Source: Nodularia phage vB_NspS-kac65v162
Length of the DNA stretch: 32,000 nucleotides
Sequence record: MK605244.1
Direction: 5' to 3' (one strand)
A program made the position numbers and the translations under genes. Positions 1-7,731 of the stretch are shown here, piece by piece. Positions within the stretch are counted from its first letter, which is position 1. Each line of letters opens with the position of its first letter. The notes under the pieces are model-generated. The model ran no database searches. It had not been told where the DNA came from and saw only the letters and a program-made list of their open reading frames with translations.

Positions 1-222
1 GCCTTGGATAAGTTTGAGCAAGAAGCCATCAGCTTTCATCAACGTGTGCGAGAATGTTATCTGGAAATTGCACACCATACTTTACTGGATTATACAATTA
101 TTTGCGCTCAACAGGGCATAGAGAGTGTGTCTGCCCCAATTCATTATGTTTTGTCTAATTTAGCTGGTGTACCTATCACACCAGCTACAAAACCTAGTGA
201 TGCTCATCTTCTTTGTATCTAG
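1..222 (+). CDS. tmk: Thymidylate kinase, C-terminal fragment (5' end outside window)
   Basis: Open frame enters from the window edge. 'LDKFEQEAISFHQRVRECYLEIA' matches the Tmk segment 'DRxExExxxFxxRVRxxYLELA', followed by the usual C-terminal helix. Stop TAG at 220-222. Confidence 0.7.
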   Translation, partial: ALDKFEQEAISFHQRVRECYLEIAHHTLLDYTIICAQQGIESVSAPIHYVLSNLAGVPITPATKPSDAHLLCI

Positions 223-320
223 TCGATACGTTTCGCCTAAAGTGGTGTAAAATGGTGGGACATTCCAGTTCATAACTAAAATGTCCCCACAATCTTTAAA
301 AATACTGGCAGAAATGGTCG

Positions 321-572
321 TTAGATTTTCAGAATCACATTTATCTCTCCACAGTCACACTCCACCTTTTCCACAAGATCCTGAAACAGCACGTACATTT
401 CATCAACCGTCGCGCACTGCCAAAATTCCGGCTTAGAACCGTATTCAAGCAATTTCTCGTAAATACCTTCAGAACCTGCTGATTCTTTTTTTAAAGCGTT
501 CAGCAGGTTATTTAATTTTGTCTGTTTTATTTGAATTATTTCGTTTAGATCGTTATCGCCTAAACCTACCAA
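321..572 (-). CDS. Hypothetical protein (83 aa)
   Basis: ORF with ATG start and plausible composition, no recognised family. Confidence 0.4.
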   Translation of the reverse strand: MVGLGDNDLNEIIQIKQTKLNNLLNALKKESAGSEGIYEKLLEYGSKPEFWQCATVDEMYVLFQDLVEKVECDCGEINVILKI

Positions 573-798
573 TTTGCTTATTTGTTGCCTTAATTCCTTT
601 ATTTCAGCAGTTTCTTCTACTGTTCTGTCTATTTGGATCGATCCAAGATCCGCTATTGTCTCAGCCCCTTTTTGCCTTTGTGATTCTAGTCACAAGTATT
701 AGAGCTTATAAGGAAGGCAGGCTGAAAACCCTTGAGGAACAGGTGCGTAGCACCGTATTCCGTACTTTAGGCAAGGGATGAAAGCTGCCTGGAGGCGT

Positions 799-990
799 TT
801 ACGCCTCTGTGGTGCAATATTTTCTAATCATCGCCTCTAAATATTCACTAGCGCTTACGTCATTTTTTGCGGCTAATTCTTGCACAGAATACCAAGCGGT
901 ATCTGTGAGCATAACGCCTCTTTTCTTCTTTATTTCATTGTATAAAACAGGTGTATTTTTTACCCTTTTCTTACCTTTTCCTGTTGACAT
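799..990 (-). CDS. Small ribbon-helix-helix-like DNA-binding protein, divergent from tnpB
   Basis: 'KKRVKNTPVLYNEIKKKRGVMLTDTAWYSVQELAAKNDVSASEYLEAMIRKY' fits a short beta strand followed by a two-helix pattern. The tracked ORF starts at GTG 1005; ATG at 990 is a better start. Confidence 0.5.
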   Translation of the reverse strand: MSTGKGKKRVKNTPVLYNEIKKKRGVMLTDTAWYSVQELAAKNDVSASEYLEAMIRKYCTTEA

Positions 991-1012
991 AATCAGAACA
1001 TTCACTTATACT
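984..1012 (+). promoter_or_regulatory. Candidate sigma70-type promoter for tnpB copy 1
   Basis: TTGACA (984-989), 17 nt spacer, TATACT (1007-1012), upstream of the tnpB start at 1049 and overlapping the start of the divergent small gene. Confidence 0.55.
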
Positions 1013-1048
1013 AAATATAATATAAGCAAAGCAAGGGGGTGAGTCAAG

Positions 1049-2233
1049 TTGCTAGTTCTAGAGTATAAAGTCAAAGCCAAAAAACTACAATACTTAGCTA
1101 TTGAGGAAGCCATCAAAACAACTCAATTCATTAGAAATAAGTGTTTGAGGTATTGGATGGATGCACCAAGAGAGTTGAAAATTGATAGATTTGCGCTCAA
1201 TAAGTATTCAACGGAACTACGCAACGAATTTAAATTTGTGGCTAACTTAAATTCAATGGCAGTGCAATCATCAGCCGAAAGAGCATGGTTAGCAATATCA
1301 AGGTTTTACGAAAATTGTAAAAAGAAAGTATCAGGTAAAAAAGGGTATCCAAGATTTCAGCATGATAATCGCTCGGTTGAGTATAAAACATCAGGTTGGA
1401 AGCTAAACCAAACTCAACGCCGTATTACCATTACTGACAAAAAAGGTATTGGTGAGTTGAAATTGCTGGGTAAGTGGGATATTGAAACTTACCCGGTTAA
1501 ATCAATTAAGCGTGTTAGATTGGTACGCCGTGCTGATGGCTATTACTGTCAATTTTGTATTGATGTTGAGGTTTTAGACATTCAACCATTGGCAGGTAAT
1601 GAAATTGGTTTAGACGTTGGAATTCAGAGCTTTTACACAGACTCAAACGGACATCAAGAGGCTAATCCCAAGTTTTTGAGAAAGGCTGAGTCAAAAATCA
1701 AACACGCTCAAAGACGCATTTACAAAAAGAAAAAAGGTTCGTCAGGACGTAAAAAAGCTAGAGCTATATTTGCCAGAAAGCATTTGAGAATAAGTAGGCA
1801 ACGGAATGAACACGCTAAGAGAATAGCGCGTAACGTGTGCAAGTCTAACGACTTAGTAGCCTATGAAGACTTACGAGTGCGTAATTTACTCAAAAATCAT
1901 TGTTTAGCTAAGTCAATTGCTGACGCTAGCTGGTATTTGTTTCGGCAATGGATTGAGTATTTTGCTGGTAAATTTGGTAAATTAGCCATTGCTGTAGCAC
2001 CACATTACACATCACAAAAATGTTCAAACTGTGATGCTATCATTAAAAAATCCCTATCAACGCGCACCCATGTTTGTAATTGTGGATGTAGTTTGCATAG
2101 GGATGAAAATGCAGCAATTAACATTTTGAATCTTGCAAGACAAGCTAGGACGGGGCGCGTCCAAAGTAACGCTGTAGGACTCGTGGCCGCTACTCTTTTA
2201 GGCGAAAGCCTATTAGAGCAAGTGACGAGGTAG
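1049..2233 (+). CDS. tnpB: RNA-guided endonuclease TnpB/OrfB, IS605 family (394 aa)
   Basis: RuvC-I 'GLDVGIQSF', RuvC-II 'LVAYEDLRVRNLL', zinc ribbon 'CSNC...CNCGC', RuvC-III 'HRDENAAINIL'. The D/E/D residues look intact. Confidence 0.95.
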   Translation: MLVLEYKVKAKKLQYLAIEEAIKTTQFIRNKCLRYWMDAPRELKIDRFALNKYSTELRNEFKFVANLNSMAVQSSAERAWLAISRFYENCKKKVSGKKGYPRFQHDNRSVEYKTSGWKLNQTQRRITITDKKGIGELKLLGKWDIETYPVKSIKRVRLVRRADGYYCQFCIDVEVLDIQPLAGNEIGLDVGIQSFYTDSNGHQEANPKFLRKAESKIKHAQRRIYKKKKGSSGRKKARAIFARKHLRISRQRNEHAKRIARNVCKSNDLVAYEDLRVRNLLKNHCLAKSIADASWYLFRQWIEYFAGKFGKLAIAVAPHYTSQKCSNCDAIIKKSLSTRTHVCNCGCSLHRDENAAINILNLARQARTGRVQSNAVGLVAATLLGESLLEQVTR

Positions 2234-2242
2234 ATTACAGAA

Positions 2243-2265
2243 TCCCCTCGCCTTTAGGCAGGGGA
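2243..2265 (+). repeat. Right-end hairpin of TnpB element 1 (likely omegaRNA 3' scaffold)
   Basis: TCCCCTCGCCTTTAGGCAGGGGA followed by GTGTCAA. Same pattern at 6507-6529 and, in reverse, at 24744-24768. Confidence 0.65.
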
Positions 2266-2446
2266 GTGTCAAAATCACTGCTAAATTGCTGTAAGCCTAA
2301 TTTTTTCGTTACTGTATCAAGTCGTTAGCTGCTATATGTGAGATCACTAAAAATTACTCCTCTTATCTTGCAAATTAAATATACCACTAATCGCAAATCT
2401 GTGTTTTAATATTTAAAGTGAAACAAACGAAACACAGATTTAAGAT

Positions 2447-5400
2447 ATGTCAACCAGCACAATAACCAATACACATGAGTATTTCGACTTAGTAAATCCC
2501 AGCTATATCAGTTGGGAATTTTACTCGCAATATATTGACAAGGAACCTCCGTTTGGTGACTTGGGGTTAATTGTTTACTTAAGAACCTATAGCCGCTTTG
2601 TAGAGGAGTTAGGCAGACGTGAGAAGTGGTGTGAGTGCTGCTTGCGTACAGTTGAGTATTCTGTCAGCTTAGATAATAAAAGCCCCGTAGAGTGGAAAAA
2701 AGCTGAAGCTGAGAAGCTGTTTGACATGATGTTCAATATGCGTGGTTTCCCCGCAGGTCGTACATTATGGATGGGTGATAAGAACAAAGCGATCGCGCAA
2801 ACAGCCAATTTTAACTGCTCCTTTAGGGTTATAGACAGCATTTCAGCCTATTCTGAGATTATATATCTGCTGATGGTTGGTGCTGGCGCTGGCTTCTCTG
2901 TTCAAAACGAGTATGTCTCTAAGCTGCCAACGTTTAACACTGATTTCAAAGTTGACCATATTCCATTTGTGAAACAGTCCAAGGTGGCTAATCAGGATGA
3001 TACAGTGCTGGAACTTGCTGATGATCATGATTGGGGTTACGTATGTAAGAAGACCTTCACTGAGCAAGACCTAATTAAGCCCGAAGGCTACTTTATTCCA
3101 ACCATTTCTGACATCTCTTTATATACTGAAGCCAAAATCACAGTAGGTGATAGCCGTGTTGGTTGGAGCAACGCATTACGTCTATTTTTAGAACTACTGA
3201 CTCATACTAATATTAAAAACATTTCAATCAATTACAACCTAATCCGTCCTAAAGGTGCGAGATTAAAAACTTTTGGTGGACGTGCCTCTGGTTATGCTCC
3301 TCTTAAGACATTCTTCAGAAAAGCTGAATGGTTAATTAAGAACTGTGGTGGTAAATTTACCTCAGTAGTCGCTATGGATTTGGCTAACATAATCGCTGAA
3401 GTGGTTGTTGTAGCGGGTGTAAGAAGGTCGAGTGAGATAGGTATAGGTGATGCCTGGGATGTAGCTTTTAAGACAGCTAAGTATGACCTGTTTAGATACG
3501 ATCCTGGGTTCACATCATCTGGTTTAGAACTCGTCTCAGACGACGGAAATATGAGTGCTGTTGAAGCCATAGCCGAAACGTATGAAGCTTTTAAATACCA
3601 GGTAACAATTGCTGATATCATTGCAGACGATGCTGAACATGGTGGTCTACTTCCAACACTCGCCAAAAGATTTGACTTATGGGATACGCAAGATCCCAAA
3701 AACGTTGAGGTTCAAAAGCTTGTAGATTCAGTTGACCCTAAATTCCGCTACCGTGAAAGCCGTGTAATGTCTAATAACTCCATTGGGCTGCAAACTAAGC
3801 CCAGTCGAGAAGAGTTGGAAACTTTAGTCACTTTCATTAAGAATAACGGTGAACCTGGGCTATTTAACTATGAAGCGGGACGCAAACGCAGGGCTGATTT
3901 CCAGGGATCGAACCCTTGTTTCACTGGTGATATGCGGTTGCTAACCTCAGATGGTTACAAGACTTTTTCTGATCTATCGGTGTCTGATGATATTGCTCTT
4001 GTAGATTATGTCGGACGCGTACGCAGGGGTAAGGTATGGAGCAACGGTATCAAACCATGTGTTGAGTTAAGGCTCTCTAATGATGTCAAGCTTAGATGCA
4101 CAGCAGACCATAGATGGATGACTTCTCAGCAATCTAGTGTTCAAGCCTCGGAATTAAAAAATCAACAACTAATGCCTTTTATTTCCAAACCCTACCACGA
4201 TAGTTCTTGGGTTAGGTATGGTTTCATTCAGGGTGATGGTAACACCAGCAGATTATTGAGCGAGACACATAAAGGGATTGAAGTTATTATCGGAGATAAT
4301 GACACTGATATATACGGCTTGTTTTCTAGCGTTAGCTTCACTAAGAATAAATCAGGCAGAGCGATATATCTCAACGACTCTAAAGATATGGCTGTTATCA
4401 GCCGTATTGGTTATTCTACCAGCACTCTACCTGAGAGGGTTTTACCTCTTTGCTACTCTAGTCTAAATAAAGCGGAAAAAGCTGCTTTTCTATCTGGTTG
4501 CTATTCTGCTAATGGGACTGTACTTGTGTCTGCTAGGCGTGTTACCTACAAATCTACTTGTAGAGAATTATTAGAGCAGATTCAGGATAGCTTACTAGAA
4601 GACTTTAGCATCAACAGCTACATCACCACTAATAAACCCAAGGATGTAGAGTTTGTCAATGGTTCTTATAAATGCAAGGAGAGTCACGACTTAAATATTG
4701 CCTCTTATGAGGATAGGCTAGCATTCTACAATCAGATAGGTTTTGCTCAAACCTATAAGACAGAGCGACTGCTGCATGATCTTATCAACTCTTCTCCATT
4801 TGTAACATCTATCAAGAAAATACAACCTCAAGAAGTGTTTGATTTTAGTCTTGATTATGTACACCCTATAGATGGTGAGCTTGACACCCACTGGGGAGTA
4901 GTCGAGGGTCGTATAGCTCACAACTGCGGAGAAATCCTATTACGCAATAAGGCCGTGTGCAACCTCACAGAAGGAAATTTGAGAGCATACGTCAGACCGG
5001 ATAAATCTTTTGACTTCCTCACATTTGAATCTGACCTACGCTTACTCACTCGTATCGGTAGCCGTGTGACACTAGTTAAAATGTGGCATCCAGATTGGGA
5101 CACAGTTCAAAGTGAAGACCGCTTACTTGGTGTTTCATTGACTGGACAGTGTGACGCTTGGCTTGCAATGGGTAATCCTTCTGACACAGTTAAAAATGAG
5201 ATTCTAGCTTTTGCCAAGAGAATAGTTAGAGATGAGGAAGAAAAGTACCACAGCTTCTTAGGTATCCCGCGCTCAAAACTCACCACTACTGGCAAACCAA
5301 GCGGAACGATCGCCCAGTTGCCAACAGTATCAAGTGGTTGTCATCAGCCTTACGCACCTTACTACTTTCGTAACGTCAGAATTAGCAGCACTGACCCGTT

Positions 5401-5896
5401 GGCTAGAGTTTTACTTGAGGCTGGTGTACCAGTAGCGCCTAACGGTAATAAAGGCACTTTGGAAGAGTCAGATACTTGGGTGTTTACATTCCCAGTCAAG
5501 ACTAATGCTCAGATTAAGTCAGTTGACGAGCCTGTACTTGAGCAATTAGAGCGCTACAAGAACCTGATGCAGCATTACGTTGAACATAACCAATCAGTTA
5601 CTATCAGTGTCGCGCCAGATGAATGGGATTTAGTGGTTAACTGGCTTGATGAGAACTGGGATAACTTTGTTGGTATCAGTTTCTTGCCTAAGTTTGATTC
5701 AACTATTGGTGAAGACGGTAGCTTCCCTCAAATGCCCTACGTCACAGCTAATGAGGAAAGATACAGCGAGATGCTCCCTAAATTCCCACGACTACAGGAA
5801 GACCAACTGATTGAGATGATTGCACAGTATGAGAAATCCCAAGAAGAATATACTCTTGAAGATAGCTGCTCTACGGGTGCCTGTCCTGTTCGGTAA
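2447..5896 (+). CDS. nrdJ: Class II (adenosylcobalamin-dependent) ribonucleotide reductase, monomeric RTPR type, containing an intein (1149 aa precursor)
   Basis: 'NCSFRVIDS...LLMVGAGAGFSVQNEYVSKLP', 'IRPKGARLKTFGGRASGYAPL', 'VVVAGVRRSSEIGIGD', 'GSNP/CGEILLRN...CNL', 'KPSGTIAQL', C-terminal Cys pair 'CSTGACPVR'. These match the Lactobacillus leichmannii RTPR architecture. Confidence 0.93.
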   Translation: MSTSTITNTHEYFDLVNPSYISWEFYSQYIDKEPPFGDLGLIVYLRTYSRFVEELGRREKWCECCLRTVEYSVSLDNKSPVEWKKAEAEKLFDMMFNMRGFPAGRTLWMGDKNKAIAQTANFNCSFRVIDSISAYSEIIYLLMVGAGAGFSVQNEYVSKLPTFNTDFKVDHIPFVKQSKVANQDDTVLELADDHDWGYVCKKTFTEQDLIKPEGYFIPTISDISLYTEAKITVGDSRVGWSNALRLFLELLTHTNIKNISINYNLIRPKGARLKTFGGRASGYAPLKTFFRKAEWLIKNCGGKFTSVVAMDLANIIAEVVVVAGVRRSSEIGIGDAWDVAFKTAKYDLFRYDPGFTSSGLELVSDDGNMSAVEAIAETYEAFKYQVTIADIIADDAEHGGLLPTLAKRFDLWDTQDPKNVEVQKLVDSVDPKFRYRESRVMSNNSIGLQTKPSREELETLVTFIKNNGEPGLFNYEAGRKRRADFQGSNPCFTGDMRLLTSDGYKTFSDLSVSDDIALVDYVGRVRRGKVWSNGIKPCVELRLSNDVKLRCTADHRWMTSQQSSVQASELKNQQLMPFISKPYHDSSWVRYGFIQGDGNTSRLLSETHKGIEVIIGDNDTDIYGLFSSVSFTKNKSGRAIYLNDSKDMAVISRIGYSTSTLPERVLPLCYSSLNKAEKAAFLSGCYSANGTVLVSARRVTYKSTCRELLEQIQDSLLEDFSINSYITTNKPKDVEFVNGSYKCKESHDLNIASYEDRLAFYNQIGFAQTYKTERLLHDLINSSPFVTSIKKIQPQEVFDFSLDYVHPIDGELDTHWGVVEGRIAHNCGEILLRNKAVCNLTEGNLRAYVRPDKSFDFLTFESDLRLLTRIGSRVTLVKMWHPDWDTVQSEDRLLGVSLTGQCDAWLAMGNPSDTVKNEILAFAKRIVRDEEEKYHSFLGIPRSKLTTTGKPSGTIAQLPTVSSGCHQPYAPYYFRNVRISSTDPLARVLLEAGVPVAPNGNKGTLEESDTWVFTFPVKTNAQIKSVDEPVLEQLERYKNLMQHYVEHNQSVTISVAPDEWDLVVNWLDENWDNFVGISFLPKFDSTIGEDGSFPQMPYVTANEERYSEMLPKFPRLQEDQLIEMIAQYEKSQEEYTLEDSCSTGACPVR
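3917..4924 (+). other. In-frame intein (336 aa) at the NP/CGEI site of the RNR, with LAGLIDADG-type endonuclease remnants
   Basis: Block A 'CFTGDMRLLTSDGYKTFSDL', block B 'CTADHRW', endonuclease-like 'YGFIQGDG' and 'FLSGCYSANGTV', blocks F/G 'EVFDFSLDYVHP...VVEGRIAHN' followed by Cys+1. Removal restores 'FQGSNPCGEILLRN'. Confidence 0.92.
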
Positions 5897-5982
5897 TTAA
5901 TTTATGGGGAGACTTTAAAACCTCCCCAACTGACTCCATAGGTACGATCGCTTCTCACCACGTCCGCAATTGAGGGGATAAA

Positions 5983-6114
5983 ATGTTTCAGTCCTTCTCG
6001 CTCGAACATTTGGTAGAACTAGCCACATTTTACCAACTCGCGCTACCTCTTATTTACCTAAAAAACAGATCGCAGCTAATACGTGAAATAGAGAATTATA
6101 AGAAAATAGGCTGA
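5983..6114 (+). CDS. Small ORF (43 aa), possibly SAP-like or a truncated remnant; its stop codon lies inside the left end of element 2
   Basis: Read directly: MFQSFSLEHLVELATFYQLALPLIYLKNRSQLIREIENYKKIG*. TGA 6112-6114 lies in the shared 'AGGCTGAAAACCC' left-end sequence. Confidence 0.3.
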   Translation: MFQSFSLEHLVELATFYQLALPLIYLKNRSQLIREIENYKKIG

Positions 6115-6536
6115 AAACCCTTGAGGTTAAGTTTTGGAGCATGGCGGAAAAACTTAAACGTGCTTTAGACAAGGGATGAAAGCCGGCTAAGGCGTTTACG
6201 CCTCGGTGACTTTGTGGTAGAATAATTCTCACAGGAACGGTAATTAACCTGTATAAAAACCCAAGTGCCTCACGGCAATCTGTACCTTGACAACTAAATC
6301 TATGGGGTTCTACTTCGTAGTTCTAGTATCACCTGGAAGTAGGTAAAAGATTTACAGGTACTAGACGACACAGAATTTAACTCAAACAAAATTTGCGGTA
6401 ACGCAACTACCTCCGGGCAGGGGGAAAGTTAACGCTTGGGGAGAGAACCACCTCTGGGTTAGATACCGCAAGGAGTCTAATCTAAGTGGACTCGTTGAAC
6501 CAAGAATCCCCGCACCTTTAGGTCGGGGAGTGTCAA
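6108..6536 (+). mobile_element. Non-coding ~430 bp derivative of an IS200/IS605-type TnpB element (MITE/PATE-like), retaining both ends and a structured 3' region
   Basis: Left block 'AGGCTGAAAACCCTTGAGG...GCTTTAGACAAGGGATGAAAGC...GGCGTTTACGCCTC' matches copy 1. Right hairpin 'TCCCCGCACCTTTAGGTCGGGGA' + GTGTCAA matches the other elements. No tnpB ORF inside. Confidence 0.7.
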
Positions 6537-6642
6537 TATAAGGTGTTTGATTATGCCAAAAGATAAATTTAAAACGGGTTCCCATTACTCCCACAGGTAA
6601 TTACCTCCAGAAATTACGCCGCCGAAAAAGTTTAAAGGCTTT

Positions 6643-6924
6643 GTGATCACAGCAGACTTTGCTAGTAAATTGGCTGAAAATAAGCAACTGATTACGCATT
6701 GTCAACCCGTAGCAGATAAGCCATTCACCGGAGTGGTTGCTGAGTTTGTGTTTGGCTCTGATGTCGTGATATTACCTAATACTGAGTTCAAACCAGATCC
6801 AGTAAATGAACTTTACCAACTAACTAATTCAGCTAATACTGATCCAGAACCCAACACTAGTGTGCTATCCGAAGTTGATCTTAGATTTATCAATAGTGGT
6901 TGCTTTTCTGAATATTTAGACTAA
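6643..6924 (+). CDS. Hypothetical protein (93 aa); reading frame continues upstream through an in-frame TAA to an ATG at 6553
   Basis: ORF from GTG 6643. The same frame is meaningful upstream: 'MPKDKFKTGSHYSHR*LPPEITPPKKFKGFVITADF...'. Confidence 0.45.
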   Translation: MITADFASKLAENKQLITHCQPVADKPFTGVVAEFVFGSDVVILPNTEFKPDPVNELYQLTNSANTDPEPNTSVLSEVDLRFINSGCFSEYLD

Positions 6925-6957
6925 GTAACAATCTCCAATTACTAGAGGATTATAATC

Positions 6958-7653
6958 ATGACAGTAGAAAGAATCAGTCAGAAACGCGCATTTGGTCACG
7001 GTGACTCAGGTAAGTCCAACTTACTCAATAACGAGCGCATTTACAAGGATGACGACGCTTGTAAAATCAATAGTGCTATAGAACATCTGAATAATCATAT
7101 TCGCCTATTTTACAGCCGCTACAGTGTGAAATGTGTAGAGTTAAATACTGTATTAAGTTGGCTCAAAGATAATATCTATCAAATAGGGGGTTTTGCCTTC
7201 TATAAGGGCAATACACATGAGAACCAATCACTTCCTGTTACGGTTTTGGAGTATTTAGAGCGCGCAACTGAGAAGTTTCACGAAGATCCCCAGATTGGTA
7301 TAGCGTCTGATTTTGTTGGACATACTTTAGAGAAATATATTTTACTCGATACCATAAGAGTAGCCATCCGTGACTTAGAAATTACATGGGTAAGCTGGAA
7401 AGGTCACAGAATGGTTAATGAATATATCATTGACGAGGTGTTGGTAGAAGACCCAGTTAAAGCTCAACAAATAGCGATCGCTCGTCGCAACTATTCCCAA
7501 TACTTGAATCGTCTTAGTTTATTTCTCTGGTTAGCTACCCGTCAGGAGTGCTACTTGTGCGGTGATTATGCTACTCAGGAATATTGGGATCGTGAGAGTA
7601 ACGGCGAGAGTAAACCCCACGCTGCTTTGAATACTTTTATGGCTGCTGAGTAA
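6958..7653 (+). CDS. Divergent PduO-type cob(I)alamin adenosyltransferase-like protein (231 aa)
   Basis: 'FGHGDSGKSNLLNNERIYKDD' resembles 'TRTGDxGxTxLxxGxRxxKDD'. It also has 'INSAIEHLNNHI', 'YLERATEKF', and near the C-terminus 'YSQYLNRLSLFLWLATR', resembling 'YLNRLSDLLFxLAR'. Neighbour of a B12-dependent RNR. Confidence 0.65.
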   Translation: MTVERISQKRAFGHGDSGKSNLLNNERIYKDDDACKINSAIEHLNNHIRLFYSRYSVKCVELNTVLSWLKDNIYQIGGFAFYKGNTHENQSLPVTVLEYLERATEKFHEDPQIGIASDFVGHTLEKYILLDTIRVAIRDLEITWVSWKGHRMVNEYIIDEVLVEDPVKAQQIAIARRNYSQYLNRLSLFLWLATRQECYLCGDYATQEYWDRESNGESKPHAALNTFMAAE

Positions 7654-7675
7654 GTAGTAATTACATCCAATTAAA

Positions 7676-7705
7676 AACCACCTGATTTGATCAAATCAGG
7701 TGGTT
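7676..7705. terminator. Perfect 30-bp palindrome between convergent genes, likely bidirectional terminator
   Basis: AACCACCTGATTTGATCAAATCAGGTGGTT is its own reverse complement. It lies between the stops at 7653 (+) and 7732 (-). Confidence 0.7.
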
Positions 7706-7731
7706 CATTTGTTTTAGACCTTATCTACACT

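Larger units (their letters stand above)
719..2272 (+). mobile_element. TnpB-only IS200/IS605-type (IS1341-like) element, copy 1
   Basis: Left-end block 'AGGCTGAAAACCCTTGAGG...CTTTAGGCAAGGGATGAAAGC...GGCGTTTACGCCTC' is shared with 6108-6212. Right-end hairpin 'TCCCCTCGCCTTTAGGCAGGGGA' is followed by GTGTCAA. Contains tnpB. Boundaries are approximate. Confidence 0.75.

Noticed and set aside
518-781. Plus-strand ORF of 87 aa
   Set aside because: Overlaps the 321-572 minus gene and runs into the IS left end; hydrophobic antisense-type composition.
809-1042. Plus-strand ORF of 77 aa
   Set aside because: Antisense shadow of the more protein-like ribbon-helix-helix ORF.
2587-5295. Minus-strand ORFs and the 4278-4466 plus-strand ORF within nrdJ
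   Set aside because: They overlap the well-supported RNR/intein frame and have no family resemblance.
5905-5928. TGGGGAG...CTCCCCA inverted repeat after nrdJ considered as a terminator
   Set aside because: Plausible stem but no T tract follows, so not listed as a supported terminator.
6400-6536. Group I intron considered for the structured region upstream of the 6553 ORF
   Set aside because: Shared left and right ends with tnpB elements explain the block better, and I could not identify a P7/G-binding core.
6050-6594. Minus-strand ORFs 6050-6232 and 6382-6594
   Set aside because: They cross IS ends and structured non-coding sequence; translations look random.
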